A stretch of 64,000 nt of DNA from Okamejei kenojei. Its lineage: Eukaryota. How positions within the stretch are numbered: position 1 is the stretch's first letter; every line of letters starts with the position of its first letter. Positions 51,206 to 62,617 of the stretch are shown here, one piece after another. Where the stretch lies: positions 34,348,001 to 34,412,000 of the forward strand of contig CM069142.1 of assembly GCA_035221665.1 (NCBI GenBank). The letters are read 5' to 3'. Under the pieces are notes generated by a model. It was given only the letters and a program-made list of their open reading frames with translations. It made no database searches and had not been told where the DNA came from. The translations under genes were made by a program, and so were the position numbers.

Positions 51206-52612
51206 CTATATGCTCAAGATTTGCGTGTGATAATTAGTTCTCTCAAAACTGGGAAGGAATTAAAGGGAGGTGTATTTTGCAAACTTTGCATCATATTTGA
51301 CTGATCTTAGTACAATCAAATTGTGAATACATAGATACATGATTTAAATGTGAGAGTAGACCAAGGAGACACTTTTTCCATAGGATTACGAGACTGTGGA
51401 AGGTGCCTTTATATACATCAAAGATAATAGACACAAAATGCTGGCGTATCTCCCAAAACATCGCTTATTCGTTTTCTCCAGAGATGCTGCCTGACCCACT
51501 GTGTTACTCCAGCATTTTACATAAAAAGATAGAAACATTAGGTGCATGAGTAGGCCATTTGGCCCTTCGAGTCAGCACCGCCATTCAATATGATCATGGC
51601 TGATAATCCAAAATCAGTACCTCGTTTCAGCTTTTCCCCCATATCCCTTGATTCCCTTAACCCTAAGAGCTGAATCTAGCTCTCTTGTAAACATCCAGTG
51701 AATTGGCCTCCACTGCCTTCTGTTGCAGAGAATTCCCCAAATTACCTTCTGTGGCAGAGAATTCCACAGATTTTGTGTCTATCTTCGGTATAAACCAGCA
51801 TCTGTAGTTCCATCGTACGCTAACACAATTGTTGCAGCAATCCCTCTGGGTTGGTCCAAGATAATTCATTGCCAGTATCACCATGTGGAAAAGGTACAAA
51901 AGCTGGGTGAAGGAGATGGGTGGGATGTACAGGTATGCCAGATGCCTGGAATTACTGCTTGAAGGGGGAGTTAATGGCATAGGCATGAAGAGAGGGTTGA
52001 GTATGTTACGAAGTGCTGGACGAACTCAGTGGGTTGGGCAGCATCTGTGGTGAGAATGGAAGGGTGACATTTCGGGTCGGGATCCTTCTTTAGACTGAAT
52101 TCAGACTTTTTGAGACTGAAGAAGGGTCCTAACCCAACATGTTGCCTGTCCATTCCCTGCCTGACTCTGAATTCCTCCAGCACCTTGTGCTTTGCTCAAG
52201 ATTCCAGCATCTGCAGTTCCTTGTGCATATGCTTTGAGTAAATGTACTTAAGTGAGAACTAGCTTCTAATTTTTATTTTGATCATTTGCCATGACGCTTT
52301 TGGGACAGAATAGGGCTATTAATCTGTGATGTAGTAAAAGCAAAGAACTGCAGATGCTGGTTTACAAAAAAAAATACACCGTGCTGGAGTCCGGCAGCAT
52401 CTCTGGAAAACATAGACAGGTGATGTTTCGGGTCAGGACCCATCTTCAGGCTCTGCAGAAGGCTCCCGACCGGAAACATCACCTATCCATGTTCTCCAGG
52501 GATGCTGCCTGACCCACTGTGTTACTCCAGCACTTGATGTATTTCATCGAGCTTGAAATACTCTTTGCAGGGTAGGATGTTTTTACTAAATAATGTGTTT
52601 TCTGTGTTACAG

Positions 52613-52996
52613 CCCAGGCCCTAAAGGTCTCGGCAAGCGGAGGGACCCTCACGTTGAACAAAGGTGACGAGATTGATCTTGTTTGCAGTGTAACTGGTGC
52701 CGATGACTTCAGTGTTGAGGTTGGCTGGTATTTCAGCACATCTCTGCCGACGGATACTCAAAGCAGCAAACTTCTGGTGCACATGAACCTTGCAGCCATC
52801 GTCAACAACTCGGACTTTGTCATGTTAAACAGGATTAGCGGCAGCGGATACAGACTGAGAGTGCAACAAGCCGACGAAGGAGACAGTGGATATTACTACT
52901 GTGCTGCCTCTGTTTGGGTCCCACACACCAATGGGTTAAAGCGCAACGCGGCAGCGAAGACCTCCGATCCTCTCCGCGTCACCGTGACACTTCTAG
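52613..52996 (+). CDS. PTGFRN: PTGFRN-like exon 4, Ig-V domain 3
   Basis: Acceptor tgtgttacag|, donor AG|GTAATC, 384 nt. GDEIDLVCSV..VGWYF..DSGYYYCAASVW. Confidence 0.9.
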
Positions 52997-53009
52997 GTAA
53001 TCTCTTCCT

Positions 53010-53290
53010 TTAGACTCTAGAGATACAGAGCGGAATCGGGCCTGAGTCCGCGCCAACCAGCGACCGCCCCGTACCGTACCCACAAGGGATGTGTGCAATT
53101 CACAGCAGGCAGTTAACCTACAAACCCGCACATCTTTGGCGTGTGGAAGGAAACCAGTGCACCCACAGAACACCCACACGGTCATAGGGAGAACGTACAA
53201 ACTCCGCACAGTCAGCACCCACATTCAGGCTCAAATCCAGCTCTCTGGCGCTGCAGGGCAGCACCTCCACTGCCGCACCACCATGCCACC
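53010..53290 (-). mobile_element. HE1-type V-SINE 13 nt downstream of the exon 4 donor
   Basis: Tail tttagactctagagatacag.. through head. Neighbours at ~53594-53870(+) and 54058-54330(-). Confidence 0.85.
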
Positions 53291-54965
53291 CTGAAAATCG
53301 AGTTTTGGAAAACGTCCTTAAAGATCTTCCTTTGTCGTTTTGGGTGTGCGAGTAATTGTGTATAATTAGCAACATCACATGACGTTTAGCTTGTGTTGAC
53401 TGCAAGTGACTCCTTGACCTTGCGCAGTGCTGAAATAGGATCGATTCTAATGGTTAATTATATGACGATAAATGAATGGTTCTCATTGCAAAGAATGCTG
53501 GTTAGAAGCATGTTTTCCCAATTTACACTTTGTGGTTTAGCAAAGCCATTGGAGAGAAAAGGGCAGTCTAGAATCCTTCTGAAAGGAAGGTCGCGGCACA
53601 GTGGTTTGGCAGTAGAGTTGCTGCCGGTGATCCAGGTTCCATCCTGACTAAGGATGGCGTCCATCTGGGATTTGTATGTTTTCCCTGTGACCGCGTGGGT
53701 TTTCTCCGGGTGCGCCAGTTTCCTCCCATTCTCCAAAGACATGCAGGTTTGTAGGTTAGTTGGCTTTGGTAAAAGATGTCCCTAATGTGTCGGAAAATGC
53801 TAGTGTACGGGTGATCACTGGTTGATGTGGACTAGATGGTTCTGTTTCCACGCTGCATGTCTAAACTACTAAATTAGCCTTTAGACAAGATTCACAAAGT
53901 GCTGGAGTAACTCAGCAGCTCAGGGAGCATATCTGGAGAATATGGATAAGATAGACACAATGCCTTGCCTAGCAAGAGCCTATCAAAGTTGTTATGGTGT
54001 TATTCAGATCCTGGCTATCATCACCCTTAAGTTTCCTGTTGTGCTGCATTCTAAATTTTTAGATTAGAGAGATACAGTGTGGAAACGAGCCCTGCGGCCC
54101 ACCAAGTCCATGCTGACCAATGATCACGCTGTACACTAGCACTATCGTACACACTAGGGACCATTTACCATTTTTACCAAAGTCCAGTAACCTACACACC
54201 TGCTCGCCTTTGGAAGAAGACAGAAGCACCCAGAGAAAACCCACGGAGTCACGGGGAGAACGTACAAACTCCAGACAGAACGCTGGTCTCTGGCCTTAAG
54301 GCAGCAACTCTACCGCTGCACCGCAGTGCCAAATGTGAAAGGTTACTTCTGAAGAAGGGTTCCGACCAGAAATGCCACCGGCCAATGTTCACCAGCATTT
54401 TGTGCACTTTGTTTGTGAACTAGCATCTGCAGTTCCTTGTGTCTCTCTGAAAGATTATTTGCTTGATTGATTGAAAAAGACTGCATGGAGACAGGCCCAG
54501 AGTCACAAAAAGGCACAAACGCTGGATTGTCAGGCAGCGTGTCTGGAGAACATGGATTGCTGACTTTTGGGTTAGGAACCTTCTTCAGGCAATTAATGGT
54601 ATATTGAAAGGTGACCCCCATAGATAATAACGTTGACATCATATTTTCAGTTGCATTTATATTAAAGAGGAATCTGAAGAAGGGTCCTGACCTGAAACGT
54701 AACCTGTCCATGTTCTCCAGAGATGCTGCTGAGTTACTCCAGCACTTTGTGTCCTTTTGTGAGAGGCAAACCTCTGTTTTATAAACGGACATCTGGACAG
54801 GTACATGGATAGGAAAGGTTTTGAGAGATAGGGGCATGAGGGCCTAGTGTAGATGGGGCATATCGGTCAGCGTGGGCAAACTGAGATGAAGGAACTATTT
54901 CTACGCTGTATGGCGATGACTCTGTGTAGTTGCTTATGTCCACCTCTCTGTTCTAATGTTTGCAG

Positions 54966-55388
54966 ATCCCACGTACACTATTCTCTCCAGATCCCTGAAG
55001 ATGCCTAATTCCTCGGGGGACCCAGCGGAACTTGAGTGCGAAGTGTTGGACTTGCTCAACGCTGATGAAGCCAAGTTAACCGTGGCCTGGAACTTCAGGC
55101 CGAACGTGTCCGATGGAGTTGCTGGTGAGAGCGGGCCGATAGCGGAGATGGATCAAGATTGGACTCTGAAACTGAACCCTCACTATAGCGAGCGAGCCCA
55201 ACAGGGAGAGATAACCTTTACCAAACCCAGGCCACATACGTTCAAGTTTCAGATGCAGCATGTATCTGTGTCTGACAGAGGGGAATATTTCTGCAACGTT
55301 TCTGCCTGGATTAAACAACGAGGAAACACGTGGATGAAAAAACAGGAAATACTTTCCCCTGCTATTGTTATGTTCTGGAAAACTGAAG
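54966..55388 (+). CDS. PTGFRN: PTGFRN-like exon 5, Ig-V domain 4
   Basis: Acceptor tgtttgcag|, donor AG|GTAAAA, 423 nt. GDPAELECEV..LTVAWNF..SDRGEYFCNVSAWIKQR. Confidence 0.92.
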
Positions 55389-56407
55389 GTAAAATGCCGC
55401 TCAACTTTCTGTGAGGACATTGTTCCCCTGACCAGGTGCTATGCTGTTATTTTATTTGGGGGTGACACAGTGCACAGTTTTGGAGTTGCTAACTTAGAGC
55501 GCCCCAAGCTGGGGTACTGTCCAATTCATCTCTACCCCATTGCAGACACTGGACTTTGTCCATGGAACTAGTGCACTACAATGCTGAGTGTGTAATATAG
55601 TGGCGCAATTGGTAGAGCACAGCTGGTGGAGGTAGAGAGCCTTACAGCCCGGGTTTGATCCGGACCTCGGCTTCTGTCTGCGACTGTGGGGGTTTCCTCC
55701 AGGTGCTCCGGTTTCCACCCACATCCCAAAGATGTGCGGGTTAGTAGATTAATTGGCCCTCTGTAACTTGCCCCTGGTGTGTCGGGAGTGGATGACAATG
55801 TGGGATAACATAGAAATAGTTTGAACAGGTGATCACTGGTCAGCATGTTCTATGTTGCTGCACTTTCTCATCCCCTCCGTACACAGTAGGGGCAGTGTAC
55901 CTACCAGCCCGCACGACTTTACAACGTGGCAGGAAACCGGGGCACCCAGAGGAAACCCACGTGGTCACAGGAAGAACGTGCAATCTCCACACAGACAACG
56001 CCCGTAGTCAGTATCGAACCCGGGTCTCTGGTGGTGTGAGGCAGTGGCTTTACCAGCTACGCCACTGCCTCCCCTGGGGACGGCGTGAGCTATTTTAAAG
56101 CAGAGACGTCCAGAGGTACCCGGCGTTGGGGAGAGGTGGGGCGTAAAGATCAACGATAGACCCGGAGAAGGGCGTGGGGGTGGGAGAAGAAGGAAGAGGG
56201 ACCAATGGGGCTATATTGATTACTTTTGTAACTTTGTCGGCAGCCGATACGTGGCGACTCTTGGAAATACTTGTGTATTGCATACAAAACAAAGAAGCTC
56301 ACTGTAGCATGTACATGTGACACTCGAGCTGTCCTTTGGTGTATTAACCAGCCTTTGCAGTTCCTTGTGTTCCAGCATGTAATGTTGGTGTCCCCTCTGC
56401 CCCTCAG

Positions 56408-56821
56408 ACCCAGGGCTCACTGTCACGGCAACTGAGGAGAAGCCAGCAGCTGTGATGGGGAACACGTTTGAAATGACGTGCAGCGTTTCGGCAGAGCACG
56501 TGGCGCTCCCCTACTACTCCGTGGTGGTAGCGATGAACGAGCCGGCCTCCATCGACACCAAGGACAGCAAGAGGCTTATCTCTCTGACGCGGGAGTCGGT
56601 GGTGAAACTGGAGCAGTGGGATGTCAAGGACCGGCCGGAAGACATTATCCTGGAGAAGGTCAGCGACCAGGAATTCCGATTCCGGCTGTACAGGACTCAG
56701 TTTTCCGACCAGGGCTCGTATTACTGTCTGGTCCAGGCGTGGATTCAAGATCACAATGGATTGTGGGTCGAGGCTGTCTCCAATTACTCGAACCCCATTG
56801 CCGTTGCCTTTACAACAGCAG
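56408..56821 (+). CDS. PTGFRN: PTGFRN-like exon 6, Ig-V domain 5
   Basis: Acceptor ctgcccctcag|, donor AG|GTGAAT, 414 nt. GNTFEMTCSVS..YSV..LEKVSDQEFRFRLYRTQFSDQGSYYCLVQAW. Confidence 0.93.
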
Positions 56822-58409
56822 GTGAATTCTGAGTCTATCTTGCAGTAACGTTTGCAATAGATTTCATGGAACTTAACACAATACAGCACAGGAATGGCCT
56901 CTTTGCATAAGTTCATAGTCATAGGAGTAGAATTAAGCCATTCGGCCCATCGACTCTACTCTGGCATTCTATCATTCCCTCTCAACCCCATTCTCCTGTC
57001 TTCTCCCTGTAACCCCTGACATCCCTGCTAATCTTGAATCAGTCAATCTCTGCCTTAGAAATACCCAATGACAGCCTCCCCAGCTGTCAGTGGCAATGAA
57101 TTCCGCAGATTCACCACCCTCTGGCTAAAGAAATTCCTCCTCGTCTCCTTTTTAAATATACGTCCTTTTATTCTGAGGCTGTGCACTCTGGTCCTAGGTT
57201 CTCCCACCACACTCTCCCTCTCCACATCCATTCTATCCAGGCCTTTCACTCTTCTGCCCACATTGTCTGCCTAGCACAGTGCAAAGTTAAACTAATCTCA
57301 TCTACCTGCACGTGATGCACATAATTATATTGCCTTTGCTTATTTCTCCTACCAAAATGCATCATCTCACATTTCTCTGCACGAAACACCATCTACAATG
57401 TATCTGCCTACTTCATCAGTTTGCATCCTGCTGTAATGCAATGTTATGGAACAGAGAATAATACAGGAACTAGCCCTGCAATTCCATTCCGAACTTGATG
57501 CCAAGCTAAACTAATCTCTTCTGCCTGCATGTGATCCATATCCCTCCATTCCCTACATATCCATGTGCCTATCTAAAGGCCTCTTAAAAGCCACTATTGT
57601 ATCTGCCTCCACCACCACCCCAAGCAGCAGGTTCCAGGCACCTTTGCACTAGACGATGCACCCTTTATCCTTGCACTGTGGATGGCTTGGTTGTATCCAT
57701 GCGTCGCACACACCACCAGACTCGGGAACCGTTTCTTCACCTCCGTTATCGGCCTTCTGAATGGTCCTTCCATAAGCTAGGGCTCTATCCAATTCACCTC
57801 TATCCCATAGAGGACATTGGACTTTGTCTAAGGAAAGGTGCACTACAATGCTGATATCTATATTCTGCACTCTGTATCTCCCCTTCACTCTAACTATTGT
57901 TCTTGAGTGAGTTTGGCTTGATTGTATTTATGTATAGTATTATCTGATCTGATTGAATCGCACGCAAACCAATGCTTTTCACTGTTTCTGTGACGTGCAC
58001 GTGACAATAATAAACAACCAACCTATCAGTTCCAAATTCTGGATGGTGCAAAGTTGCTGACAACACTAGTTCTTTTAAAAGTCCAGGACATTTGATGGAA
58101 CTGGATTTGATTTTCAAACTTTGTAAAAATCTTCCAAAGTAGCTTCTTGCTATAAAATACTACACGGCTGAATGGAAATAGCATTAATGTTCAGCTATTC
58201 TTCAAAGTAAGGATTATTGAAGAAAATATTTGTGAACGGGCCAATTATATATAATGTTAGAGGCCAACACTGTGGAGTAAGTGTAAATGTTCTGTAAAGG
58301 ATCTCATTTTCAGTGAAGAGATTTTAGTGCCAGATCAATAAAGTAAAGACCAGATTGTGAGAGTGAATTAAAATATTTCAGTGAGACCGATAAAGGCATC
58401 ACTGTGTAT

Positions 58410-59060
58410 AAAAAGGAACTGCAGATGCTGGAAAATCGAAGATAGACTAAAGTGCCTGGAGAAACTCAGCGGGTACAGCAGCATCTATGGAGCGCAGGAA
58501 ATAGGCAACGTTTTGGGCTGAAACCCTTCTTCAGACTGATGTAGGGCGGGAGGAGCCCGAGGGCTGAGGAAGAGCTGAGAAGGGGAGGAGACAGCAAGGG
58601 CTACCGGAAGTTGGTGAATTAAATGTGTATGCCGCTAGGGTGCAGACTGCCCAAGTGGAATATGAGGTGTTGCTCCTCCAATTTCCAGTGGTGCTCACTC
58701 TGGCCATGGAGGAGACCCAGAACAGAAAGGTCGGATTCGGAATGGGAGGGGGAGTTAAAGTGCTGGGCCACCGGGAGATCAGGTTGGTTAATGCGGACCG
58801 AGCAGAGGTGTTCGGCGAAACGATCGCCAAGCCTACGCTTGGTCTCACCGATGTAGATCCGCTGACATCTAGAGCAGCGGATGCAATAGATGAGGTTGGA
58901 GGTGATGCAGGTGAACATCTGTCACACCTGGAACGACTGCTTGGGCCCTTGAATGGAGTCGAGGGGGGAGATAAAGCGACAAGTGTAGCATCTCTTGCGA
59001 TTGCAAGGGAAAGTGCCCGGGGAGGGGGTGGTGCGGGAGGGAAGGGAAGAATTGACCAGG
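58410..59060 (-). mobile_element. Penelope-like element fragment (GIY-YIG endonuclease plus terminal repeat)
   Basis: FTCITSNLIYCIRCSRCQRIYIGETKRRLGDRFAEH..PVAQHFN..EEQHLIFHLG followed by the ctgaagaagggt..ccagcatctgcagttcc terminus. Confidence 0.92.
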
Positions 59061-59765
59061 GACATACACCGCTGTATGTGGGAAGGTTGCACGCTCCATT
59101 TCAAGGCTGTTCCAAGTTTGCCACGGTTGGATTTACCCATTAATGTGTCCATACTTGAATAGTTTACTGATAATCATCAACTATAATTTTCAGTGGAGGA
59201 AAGGTGTTGCTGAAAGAAATATTGGAGGATCGGCAAATGCTGGCAGACCTGTGCCTTTAAGGCCAAGATAAGGCTCTATGTTTTTATGAAATGTGAAACT
59301 TGAAAAATACAAGATGGCGCCAGAAACGTGGCAACTCTTTTTGTACTGCCTCAGTGTGATCTACTATTCTTACACTACAATCATTGCACTCATACTTGGG
59401 TATGAAGGTGCTTATGTGTAGTAAGATTTTACTGAATTGGACGTAAAACAAAAAATGTCACTGTATTTAGTTACATGTGACAATAAAGTATCATCGAACC
59501 ATTGAAGAAGCCAATAGGCTGTGAGATAAGGAGAGAGGCCAGTTCATAAATCACAGGAGCTAAATGAGGCTATTTGGCCCATCGAGTCTACTCTGATGTT
59601 CAATCATGGCTGATCTATCTTTCCCTCTCAACCCCATTCTCATGCCTTCTCCCTGTAACCTTTGATGCCTTTATCTAGAGGAAGGGAAAGGGGAATAGGT
59701 TTGTTTGTATTTAATGATGTGCATTATAAAGCTTATCTATTAACTTGACTCCTTTTGCACTGCAG

Positions 59766-59873
59766 CTCCTCGGTTTAATGTGACATTGGAGTCAGAGAGA
59801 CCTCATGTGCTCCAAGGAGAGACGTTGGAAATGTACTGCAAAGTTGATCTGCTGGAGATACCAAGCACCTCGG
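59766..59873 (+). CDS. PTGFRN: PTGFRN-like exon 7, first half of Ig-V domain 6
   Basis: Acceptor ccttttgcactgcag|, donor G|GTAATT, 108 nt, phase 1-1. APRFNVTLESERPHVLQGETLEMYCKVDLLEIPSTS. Found by reading; too short for the ORF track. Confidence 0.85.
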
Positions 59874-60214
59874 GTAATTTTAGACGTTATGCTCTGGATC
59901 TATTATAGTGTGTGTGACCAAAATAGCTTCATCGGGCTCTGCACCTTCAGACAGCTACGGTGACTTTTCACGGCAGCTGCAGCCACGTCGGAACCTGGTC
60001 TGGCTTTTATTCACACCGTCCCGCTCCTAGAGCTTTACGCAAAATCTATATGTCTTGGGGAATGTTGCATTTGTCAGGGATGCAGTTACATGATGTGCAG
60101 GGTGCAAAAAGGCAATGCAGTTTAGTTTCAGAGATACTGCGCGGAAACAGGCCCTTCAGCCCACTGAGTCTGCACCGACCAGCGATCCCCACACATCCCC
60201 ACAGCGATCCCAAC

Positions 60215-60738
60215 AGGTCATTCTTGCCAGAGAGGGAGTACAGAGAAGGTTCACCAGACTGATTCCTGGGATGGCACGACTTCCATATGAAGAAAGACTG
60301 GATAGACTTGGCTTGTACTCGCTGGAATTTAGAAGATTGAGGAGGGGTGATCTCATAGAGACTTACAAAATTACTTAAGGGGTTGGACAGGCTAGATGCA
60401 GGAAGATTGTTCCCGATGTTGGGGAAGTCCAGGACAAGGGGTCACAGTTTAAGGATAAGTGGTAAATCTTTTAGGACCGAGATGAGAAAATCGTTTTTCA
60501 CACAGAGAGTGGTGAATCTGTGGAATTCTCTGCCACAGAAGGTAGTTGAGGCCAGTTCGTTGGCCATATTTAAGAGGGAGTTGGATGTGGCCCTTGTGGC
60601 TGAAGGGATCAGGGGGTATGGAGAGAAGGCAGGTACAGGATACTGAGTTGGATGATCAGCCATGATCATATTGAATGGCGGTGCAGGCTCGAAGGGCCGA
60701 ATGGCCTGATCCTGCACCTAATTTCTATGTTTCTATGA
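60215..60738 (+). mobile_element. CR1 LINE 3' fragment nested in a minus-strand V-SINE (60120-60945)
   Basis: [39 protein letters not shown]; tail tttctatgtttctatg; SINE sequence on both sides. Confidence 0.92.
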
Positions 60739-61623
60739 TTATATTACACTACCCTACACACACTAGCGACAATTTACACTTGTACCAAGCCAATTAACCT
60801 ACAAACCTGTACGGAGAAAACCTACACGGTCACGGCGAGAACGTACAAAATCCATACAGACAGCTCCTGTAGGCAGGATCAAACCTGGGTCTCCGGCACT
60901 GTAAGGCAGCAGCTGTACCGCTGCACCACCATACCGTGCTGCCCTATGCCTCTTTAGATAGACACAAAATGCTGGACTAAATCAACAGGTCAGGCAGCAT
61001 CTCTGGAGAAAAGGAATAGGTGACATTTTGGGTTGGAAGCCCTTCTTTGGACCTATGTAGTTTAGAGATACAGCATAGAAACTGGACCTTCAGCCCACCG
61101 AGAGCGCGGCAACTATCAATCACCCGTTCACACTAGTTACACACTGGGGACAATTTAAAGCCACCATTTAAAAGACACTTGGACAGTTACAGCTCGGAAA
61201 TGGGTATGGGCCAAATGCAGGCAAATGGGACGTTTAGATGGGGTATCTTTCTAAGCATGGACAGGTTGAGCCGAAAGGCCTGTTTCTGTGCTGCATGACT
61301 CTAATAGACCTACGGATGCACTCATCTTTGGGATGTGGGAGGAAACCAGAGCACCTGGATGAAACCCACACAGTCACAGGGAGAACATGCAAGCTCCACG
61401 CACAGACAGCACCCCGAGGTCAGGATCGAACCCGGGTCTCTGTGATGTCTTTCATTCATGTGTGTTTGAGTTGCTGAACCAGGCTGTGATGCAACCCTCT
61501 GGAATGTTATTGTCTTGGTTGCATTGTTACGTCCCAGTTGTATTAATGTGATGCAAATGGAGTGACATTTCTCAAATCCTGACATTATGTAGTTTTTAGT
61601 TATTGTGCATCTAGTATCATGGA

Positions 61624-62220
61624 GCGGCGCAGTGGTAGAGTTGCTGCTTCACAGCGCCAGAGACTTGGGTTCAATCCTGACTACGGGTGCTGTCTGTACG
61701 GAGTTTGAACATTCTCCCCGTGACCATGTGGGTTTTATCTGGGTGCTCCAGTTTATTCCCACACTCCAAACTCGCACAGGTTTGTAGGTTAATTGGCTGC
61801 TGTAAATTGTAAATTGCTACTAATGTGTAGGATAGTCCTAGTATACAGGGTGATCGCTGGTTGGCACAGACTTGGTCGGCCGAAGGGTCTGTTTCTGCGC
61901 TGCATCTCTAAAGTCTAAAGCAAAGTGGAGTTATATAGTTTTAGGTTAAGTTTAAGAAACAGGCCCCTCGGCCCACCGAGTCTGTGCCGACCAGCGATGC
62001 CCCCGTACACTAGCACTATCCTACACTCTAGAGGAAATTTGCAATTTACGGAAGCCAATTAACCTACAGCCTGCATGTCTTTGTAGAAGGAAACCGGAGA
62101 AAACCCACACGGTCACAGAGCGAATGCACAAACTGTGTAGAAACAGCACCTGTGGTCAAGATCGACCCCGTGCCTACGGTGCTGTAAGGCAGCAAGTCTA
62201 CCGCTGCGCCATTGTGCTGC
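61624..62220. mobile_element. Tail-to-tail pair of HE1-type V-SINEs (61624-61920 plus, 61945-62220 minus)
   Basis: Two near-full-length copies in opposite orientation about 25 bp apart. Confidence 0.88.
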
Positions 62221-62317
62221 CCATTGTATTGTGGATATAAATGGGATTGAATTGAATTGAATTTAGAATGTCCTGGGCCATTGATTAATCCAAATGATTT
62301 ATCACCTTTCCTCATAG

Positions 62318-62617
62318 ATGTTTTATATGAAGTGGAATGGTACTTCCAAGGAATTCATTTTAATGCCACTCTGAGTCCTTTGGTGTTGGTGGATCGGGGA
62401 TCAGTAGTCACCTACCAGGAAGACTTTGGCACTCGTGGGATCAGCGTTGAACGAGTTAGCACGCACAGCTTCCGACTGCGAGCCCACTGTGTGGACCGTG
62501 GCTTCACTGGAGATTATTTTTGTAAAGTGACGCCCTGGATAAAATATGAGACCGTAAAATGGGCCCAAATCCCTCCACAGGAATCCGCTCAGCTTTCCAC
62601 GCGCATCGATATTTCAG
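62318..62617 (+). CDS. PTGFRN: PTGFRN-like exon 8, second half of Ig-V domain 6; TM/cytoplasmic exon expected beyond window
   Basis: Acceptor ctttcctcatag|, donor AG|GTTAGT, 300 nt. DVLYEVEWYF..FRLRAH..GDYFCKVTPWIK. Confidence 0.9.
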
